IMG/VR virus record: IMGVR_UViG_3300020414_000570
Coordinates: 1-24,150 of that record
From: a virus
Taxonomy: Duplodnaviria > Caudoviricetes
Strand: one strand, 5' to 3'
Length of the DNA: 24,150 bases
The position numbers and the translations under genes are program-made. The notes below the pieces were generated by a model, which was given only the letters and a program-made list of their open reading frames with translations, ran no database searches and was not told the origin of the DNA. Positions 19,190-24,150 of this stretch are shown here, piece by piece (position 1 is the first letter of the stretch; every line of letters begins with the position of its first letter).

Positions 19190-20035
19190 ATGGCGCAACC
19201 AGCAAGTAGAACGGATTTAATTAATTATTGCAAAAGGCAACTGGGCGCACCAGTGCTGGAGATTAATGTTGCCGATGAGCAGATAGATGACTTAGTTGAT
19301 GATGCTCTTCAGTTATTCCATGAGCGTGACTATGATGGAACTATTCAGACTTTCTTAAAGTATAAGATTACGCAGGCAGATATAGACAGAGGTAGAGCAA
19401 GAGGAGGAGACAGCACTGCTGGTATTGTGACCACAAGTGCAACTTCTACAATTGACGGACAGTCTGTTACCTTTAACTTTGAAGAGAATAGCAACTACTT
19501 GCAAGTTCCACCACAAGTTATTGGTATCACCAAGATTTTTAGATTTGATGGAACTAACACTGTAACGAACAACATGTTCAGTGTTAAATATCAGATGTTC
19601 TTGAATGATATTTACTACTTCGGTTCAACGGAAATATTAACCTATGCAATGACAAAGCGATATCTTGAAGATATGGACTTTGCATTGAATACAGAGAAGC
19701 AAATTAGATTTAATATGAGACAAGATAGGCTCTATCTTGATATTGATTGGGGATCTGTAAATGTTGATGACTATCTAATTATTGATTGTTATCGCCTTAT
19801 TGATCCAAATGATTTCACTAGAGTTTATAACGACTCGTTCTTAAAGAGATATCTCACTGCGTTGATTAAGAGACAGTGGGGTCAAAACCTCATTAAGTTC
19901 CAAGGTGTTAAACTTCCCGGTGGAATTGAACTGAATGGAAGACAAATTTACGATGATGCAGAAAGGGAATTAGATAAGATTAAGGAGCAGATGTCAAGTA
20001 CATACGAACTGCCACCTTTAGATATGATAGGATAA
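19190..20035 (+). CDS. gp13: Neck protein gp13 (head-tail adaptor)
   Basis: 281 aa; LINYCKRQLGAPVLEINVADEQIDDLVDDALQ, FLKRYLTALIKRQWGQNLIKFQGVKLPGGIELNGRQIYDDA and C-terminal PPLDMIG match T4 gp13-family motifs. Confidence 0.95.
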   Translation: MAQPASRTDLINYCKRQLGAPVLEINVADEQIDDLVDDALQLFHERDYDGTIQTFLKYKITQADIDRGRARGGDSTAGIVTTSATSTIDGQSVTFNFEENSNYLQVPPQVIGITKIFRFDGTNTVTNNMFSVKYQMFLNDIYYFGSTEILTYAMTKRYLEDMDFALNTEKQIRFNMRQDRLYLDIDWGSVNVDDYLIIDCYRLIDPNDFTRVYNDSFLKRYLTALIKRQWGQNLIKFQGVKLPGGIELNGRQIYDDAERELDKIKEQMSSTYELPPLDMIG

Positions 20036-20039
20036 GATT

Positions 20040-21470
20040 ATGCTCAATCCATTTTTTACACAAGGTACTACTGGTGAGCAAAATCTTGTCCAAGATTTAA
20101 TTAATGAACAACTGAGAATGTACGGGGTAGATATCTTTTATCTGCCTAGAAAGTTTCTTACAGAAAATACAGTCATCAGAGAAGTTGTTCAATCTAAGTT
20201 TGACACTGCACTTCCTTTAGAAGCGTATGTTGACAACTATGATGAATATTCTGGTGCTGGAAATATTCTATCCAAGTTTGGTGTTCAGTCTCAAGATGAA
20301 GTAAGACTGATTATCTCTAGAGATAGATTTGAAAACTATATCACTCCGTTGATTGAGGATCAATCAAACGTTAAACTGTCAACTAGACCCAAGGGCGGAG
20401 ACCTTATTTGGTTCCCCCTTGATGATAGAATCTATGAAATCAAAGACGTAGAATACGCCAAACCATATTATCAATTACAAAACCTCTATGTTTATGAGTT
20501 GTATTGCGAACTCTTCAGAATTGAAGATGAGGTTATTGCAACGGGTATTGAAGATATTGACAATAATCTGATTGGTGAAGACTATGATGGTCTCACTGAT
20601 GATGGCATCAATACTGTCCAGGGAGCAACTCAAACACTTACATTGGTCGGTGCTGCTTCCACTGCTACTGCAACAGCAGCAATATTCGATGGTGGTGTAA
20701 GATTCTTTACTATCACCAACAGAGGTGGTGGTTATAGCAGCATCCCCACAGTTGGCGTGTCTTCCGCTCCAGCAGGAGGGACTACCGCTGTTGGTGTTGC
20801 CACTATGATTGGCGGCATTAATGTATGTAATTTGAATGTTAATCCTAAAGACCAGTCTGTACAAGCAGTCAACGTTGTTAATTCTGGTGCAGGATACACT
20901 GTAGCTCCTTCCGTTACGTTTAGTGGTGGTGGAACTAATGGTGTTGGTGCTGCAGCAACCACCACTATCGGTGATGGTGTTGTTGGCATCATTACAGTTA
21001 CTTCTGGTGGTGGAGGATACACCGAGAACCCAGCGATTACCTTTACTGGAGTATCTACGGTATCTGCTGCTGCAACTGCGATCGTTAGTGCTGCTGGAAC
21101 CATCTCTGCAATTCATATCACTAATGCAGGTCTAGCGTATACAGTTGCTCCTACAATTACGATTGCCGCACCTGCTACTGGTGGTTCTGGAACGTTTGCA
21201 TTCAACGAAGTTGTCACTGGTTCCGTCAGTGGTACAACAGGAAGAGTTAGAACTTGGAATGCAACAACTAACAATCTCGAACTTGGAACTATTACTGGAA
21301 CCTTCCTCATCGGAGAGAACATTGTTGGTGCCACATCTGGCGCTTCCTATGAACTTAGAGTGGTTGATGACCAACCTGTTGATGATGGATTTGCAGATAA
21401 TATTAACATCGAAAGAGAGGCAGATTCTATTCTTGACTTCTCTGAACAGAATCCATTCGGTATTCCCTAA
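20040..21470 (+). CDS. gp14: Neck protein gp14 (head closure) with inserted beta-repeat domains
   Basis: 476 aa; NPFF, EQNLVQDLINEQLRMYGVDIFYLPR, SKFG, RPKGGDLIWFPL, PYYQL..LYVYELYCELF and C-terminal ILDFSEQNPFG match the gp14 family; AGGA RBS at 20029-20032; order gp13-gp14-gp15. Confidence 0.93.
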   Translation: MLNPFFTQGTTGEQNLVQDLINEQLRMYGVDIFYLPRKFLTENTVIREVVQSKFDTALPLEAYVDNYDEYSGAGNILSKFGVQSQDEVRLIISRDRFENYITPLIEDQSNVKLSTRPKGGDLIWFPLDDRIYEIKDVEYAKPYYQLQNLYVYELYCELFRIEDEVIATGIEDIDNNLIGEDYDGLTDDGINTVQGATQTLTLVGAASTATATAAIFDGGVRFFTITNRGGGYSSIPTVGVSSAPAGGTTAVGVATMIGGINVCNLNVNPKDQSVQAVNVVNSGAGYTVAPSVTFSGGGTNGVGAAATTTIGDGVVGIITVTSGGGGYTENPAITFTGVSTVSAAATAIVSAAGTISAIHITNAGLAYTVAPTITIAAPATGGSGTFAFNEVVTGSVSGTTGRVRTWNATTNNLELGTITGTFLIGENIVGATSGASYELRVVDDQPVDDGFADNINIEREADSILDFSEQNPFGIP

Positions 21471-21473
21471 ATA
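21467..21473 (+). promoter_or_regulatory. Late promoter variant CTAAATA overlapping the gp14 stop, upstream of gp15
   Basis: attccCTAAATAaaa; TAA stop at 21468-21470. Confidence 0.62.
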
Positions 21474-21511
21474 AAAACACACAATTGTGTAAGGATTTGT
21501 AGGACTAAACT

Positions 21512-22510
21512 ATGTTTGAATATTTTTACAACGAAATTTTGAGGAGGACCATTATATCTTTTGGTACACTTTTCAATGATATCACCATTAAAAAAAGTGA
21601 TTCCAGTGATGATGTTGTCAGTGTTGTAAAAGTTCCTTTGGCATATGGTCCTACACAAAAGTTCCTTGCAAGATTAGAGCAGTCCCCTGACCTGAACAAA
21701 CCCTTTGCAATTACATTGCCAAGGATGTCCTTTGAGTTTACTGGTCTTACATACGATCCATCCAGAAAAGTAACAACAACTCAGACTTTCACTGTCAAAG
21801 ATCCTGACAGTGCAACGGATACAAAAAAATCCTACATGCCTGTTCCCTACAATATGGCATTTGAGTTGAGTATCATGACTAAACTAAATGATGATGCTCT
21901 TCAAATTGTAGAACAAATCCTTCCATATTTCCAACCAGCATATAATCTGTCAGTAGAACTGGTTGAAGCAATTCAAGAGAAAAGAGATATTCCAGTGGTG
22001 TTAGAGAACATCACCATGTCCGACGAATATGAGGGAGACTTCACCTCAAGAAGAGTCCTCCTCTACACCCTCAGATTTACCGCAAAGACATATCTGTTTG
22101 GTCCTGCAACCAAGGTCACCAAGGACATCATCAAAAAGGCGACTATCAATTACGCTACCGGAACAGATTCTTCAAGCACCCTCAGAGAATATTCTTACTC
22201 TGTTACACCCAGAGCAATCAAGAACTACGACGGAGATATCGCAACGACACTTGCAGACGATATCACTGCGAAAGTTTCGTACATCGAAGTTGCAGATGCT
22301 AGTGGTCTTACTGCTGACTCATACATCGTCATCGGTGAGGAAGAAATGTACATCAAGTCTATCTCCGGTAATAAACTTGCCGTTAGACGTGGAGAGGACA
22401 AGACCACAGCAACGGCACATGTTAAAGGTGCAGATGTCGGTAAGATAACTGCTGCTGATAACGCTCTCATCGAAGAGGGTGATGACTTCGGATTCGACGG
22501 GACCTTCTGA
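21512..22510 (+). CDS. gp15: Tail sheath stabiliser / tail terminator gp15 with C-terminal extra domain
   Basis: 332 aa; YFYNEILRRTIISFGTLFNDI, KVPLAYGPTQKFLARL, ITLPRMSFE, PVPYN, DALQIVEQILPYFQP and YTLRFTAKTYLFGP are gp15-family motifs; AGGA RBS upstream. Confidence 0.95.
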   Translation: MFEYFYNEILRRTIISFGTLFNDITIKKSDSSDDVVSVVKVPLAYGPTQKFLARLEQSPDLNKPFAITLPRMSFEFTGLTYDPSRKVTTTQTFTVKDPDSATDTKKSYMPVPYNMAFELSIMTKLNDDALQIVEQILPYFQPAYNLSVELVEAIQEKRDIPVVLENITMSDEYEGDFTSRRVLLYTLRFTAKTYLFGPATKVTKDIIKKATINYATGTDSSSTLREYSYSVTPRAIKNYDGDIATTLADDITAKVSYIEVADASGLTADSYIVIGEEEMYIKSISGNKLAVRRGEDKTTATAHVKGADVGKITAADNALIEEGDDFGFDGTF

Positions 22511-22938
22511 TGACTATGACAAAAAACTTCAACGATCTCAACGAGACCTTTAATACCTCGGATGACATCGTTCAACCAGAAGTAATCGAACGCAAAATAG
22601 AAAAGGTTAAAGAAGGTGTCGATGACATCAAAAAGGATTACGAATACACTAGAGGTAATCTTTACTCCATCATCGAAAAAGGACAGGAAGCATTGAACGG
22701 TGTCCTTGAACTTGCTCAAGAAAGTGAGATGCCAAGAGCATATGAAGTTGCAGGTCAATTGATTAAAAACGTTGCAGATGCAACAGATAAGTTGCTTGAC
22801 CTTCAGAAGAAATTAAAGGACGTAGAAGCAGAGGAAAAGGTCAAAGGACCATCTACCGTCAACAACGCATTGTTCGTTGGTTCAACAGCAGACTTGGCAA
22901 AGATGCTAAAAGATGGACTTAAGGAGGATCCTAAATAA
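22510..22938 (+). CDS. gp16: Terminase small subunit gp16
   Basis: 142 aa (alternative start 22516); DYEYTRGNL, LELAQESEMPRAYEVAGQLIK and NNALFVGSTADLAKML match the T4 gp16 family; TGATG overlap with the gp15 stop. Confidence 0.93.
   Translation: MTMTKNFNDLNETFNTSDDIVQPEVIERKIEKVKEGVDDIKKDYEYTRGNLYSIIEKGQEALNGVLELAQESEMPRAYEVAGQLIKNVADATDKLLDLQKKLKDVEAEEKVKGPSTVNNALFVGSTADLAKMLKDGLKEDPK
22931..22937 (+). promoter_or_regulatory. Late promoter variant CTAAATA overlapping the last codons and stop of gp16
   Basis: gatcCTAAATAaag; 43 nt before the ATG at 22981. Confidence 0.58.
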
Positions 22939-22980
22939 AGAGGAAGGGAGAGAAATCCCGAAGTATTAAGTACTAATAAA

Positions 22981-24150
22981 ATGTCTAAGGATTTGCCCTC
23001 TTATGAGGAATTCGATGGAGACGAAAGTCTACCGTCAATAGAAGATTATATTACAGAAGAGAACGCAGAGGAACTCCCTTCTGTAGAAGATTTTATTGAA
23101 GAAGAAAAAGAAGAAGAAGAAGTAATAAGCGAAGAAACTGTAACTATAGAGGATGCTGACGGAAATACTTTTGCAGAAGTAAAGGATATAATTCCACCAT
23201 TTCCAGAATTAATTCGTCTAATCAATGATGTCAGGGAAGAGATTCCTGATATCCCAGAGATTAAGTATTACGATAAAGAACTTGAGGAACTTGCAGAGCA
23301 AATCTCGCAACTTCCTGAAGTAAAGTATTACGATAGAGAAGTAGAGGCAATCTGCGATCAGATTGACTTAGTAAGAACTCAGATTAAAGACCTTCCAGAG
23401 GTCAAGTATTATGATGAGCAGGTAAATGCTATTGAAGACAGAATTGATAGTCTTCAAACCGATGTAGCAAATCTACCTGAAGTTAAGTATTACGATGCTG
23501 AGATTGAAGCAATCTGCGATGCAATTGATAAAGTCAAAGAATCAATACCTCAGTTTCCTAAGTGGGTCAATGAAGTAAATGAGGTTCCAGACTTCTCTTG
23601 GATTGGCAAAACTTTCAGTGTTATTGATGATGATTTTATAAAGGTCAATGATGCTATTGATACATTACAAGAGAATGTATCTATTGAATTAAAGAAAATC
23701 TCTGAAGAAAATACGGTCACCCACTTTGAAAACAGAGTGCAGTTTGGCACTGAGGTAAAAGACCTTGATACTAAATTAGAAGAAGAAAAGGGTAAAATTT
23801 GGAAGGAGTTGAGATCTTCATCTATGAAGATCTGGGAATATCATAAAACATTTAAAGATGATGACCGCAAACTCAAGAAACAAATTCTTGGGGAATATAA
23901 TAAACTTAAGGACAATCTTGATAAAAGATTGAAAGAGGTTAATGAAGCCAGTGTTAAAACTGATGAGTTACTTCTTAACTATTTCACTGACTTAAAGGAA
24001 CAGATTACTGGTATCCCAGAAGTCAAGTATTATGACGAAGATATCAAACATGTACAATCTGATATCAAGAGTCTAAGGCAGGTCATTGAGGATATTAAGT
24101 CTACTCAAAAACAACTTCAGGAAGAGAAGAAACTTCTAGCAGAAACTAAT
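22981..24150 (+). CDS. Acidic coiled-coil hypothetical protein with repeated LPSxE[ED][FY] and [LI]PE[VI]KYYD motifs; 3'-truncated and absent from the supplied ORF track
   Basis: Hand translation from ATG 22981 gives 390 codons with no stop to the window end: MSKDLPSYEEFDGDESLPSIEDYITEENAEELPSVEDFIEEEKEEEE...IPEIKYYDKELEELAEQISQLPEVKYYDREVEAICDQID...EEKKLLAETN. Confidence 0.88.
   Translation, partial: MSKDLPSYEEFDGDESLPSIEDYITEENAEELPSVEDFIEEEKEEEEVISEETVTIEDADGNTFAEVKDIIPPFPELIRLINDVREEIPDIPEIKYYDKELEELAEQISQLPEVKYYDREVEAICDQIDLVRTQIKDLPEVKYYDEQVNAIEDRIDSLQTDVANLPEVKYYDAEIEAICDAIDKVKESIPQFPKWVNEVNEVPDFSWIGKTFSVIDDDFIKVNDAIDTLQENVSIELKKISEENTVTHFENRVQFGTEVKDLDTKLEEEKGKIWKELRSSSMKIWEYHKTFKDDDRKLKKQILGEYNKLKDNLDKRLKEVNEASVKTDELLLNYFTDLKEQITGIPEVKYYDEDIKHVQSDIKSLRQVIEDIKSTQKQLQEEKKLLAETN
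23251..24036 (+). repeat. Five coding repeats of [LI]PE[VI]KYYD
   Basis: Copies at 23251-23274, 23311-23334, 23392-23415, 23473-23496 and 24013-24036; nucleotide core ccNgaRRtNaagtattaYgaY; start-to-start spacing 20, 27, 27 and 180 aa. Confidence 0.9.

Noticed and set aside
14014-19590. Other intragenic NTAAATA matches (GTAAATA near 14015, TTAAATA near 16982 and 19583)
   Set aside because: Far from any gene start and expected by chance in AT-rich coding DNA; not called as promoters.
4421-22448. Alternative-frame + strand ORFs (4421-4615, 4772-5002, 7277-7492, 14805-15023, 15708-15962, 16308-16595, 20923-21135, 21145-21474, 22029-22448)
   Set aside because: Leu/Val-rich shadow frames fully or almost fully nested in long genes; no convincing RBS or family signal, and I saw no clear frameshift signal linking them.
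22946-22959. Hairpin after gp16 as a rho-independent terminator
   Set aside because: Only a 4-bp stem and no U-tract; it lies just downstream of a candidate promoter.
23251-23496. Regularly spaced aagtatta(c/t)gat nucleotide repeats as a possible CRISPR or mini-array
   Set aside because: Repeats are in frame, vary at synonymous positions and have spacings in multiples of 3; they are protein repeats.
85-23750. Numerous minus-strand ORFs of 60-213 aa (e.g. 14747-15379, 20475-21116, 22225-22758)
   Set aside because: All lie antisense to well-supported structural genes, have low-complexity S/T/N/P-rich sequence expected from the codon bias of the sense genes, and show no recognisable motifs.

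Overview
Late (virion structural) gene cluster of a T4-like myovirus, most likely a marine cyanophage (Synechococcus/Prochlorococcus-type). All real genes are on the + strand, in this order: the 3' part of a giant baseplate wedge initiator gp7 (open at the left edge, over 3,080 aa in view), baseplate wedge gp8, a 2,514-aa VrlC/DUF4815-type structural protein, three small tightly coupled ORFs, neck proteins gp13 and gp14, tail terminator gp15, small terminase gp16, and an ORF missing from the supplied track (22981 to the right edge, at least 390 aa) with acidic coiled-coil sequence and two kinds of short repeat motif. T4-type late promoter motifs ((A/C)TAAATA) overlap several stop codons. No RNA genes, CRISPR arrays or mobile elements were seen. 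The most interesting leads are a 60-aa ORF resembling the phycobilisome-degradation adaptor NblA, the repeat-motif protein after gp16, a small set of modules shared among gp7/gp8/VrlC/gp14/gp15, a three-copy domain in gp7 and a pervasive G-[VILF]-[GAS]-[TS] motif. Family assignments come from recalled motifs and gene order; no database search was run.
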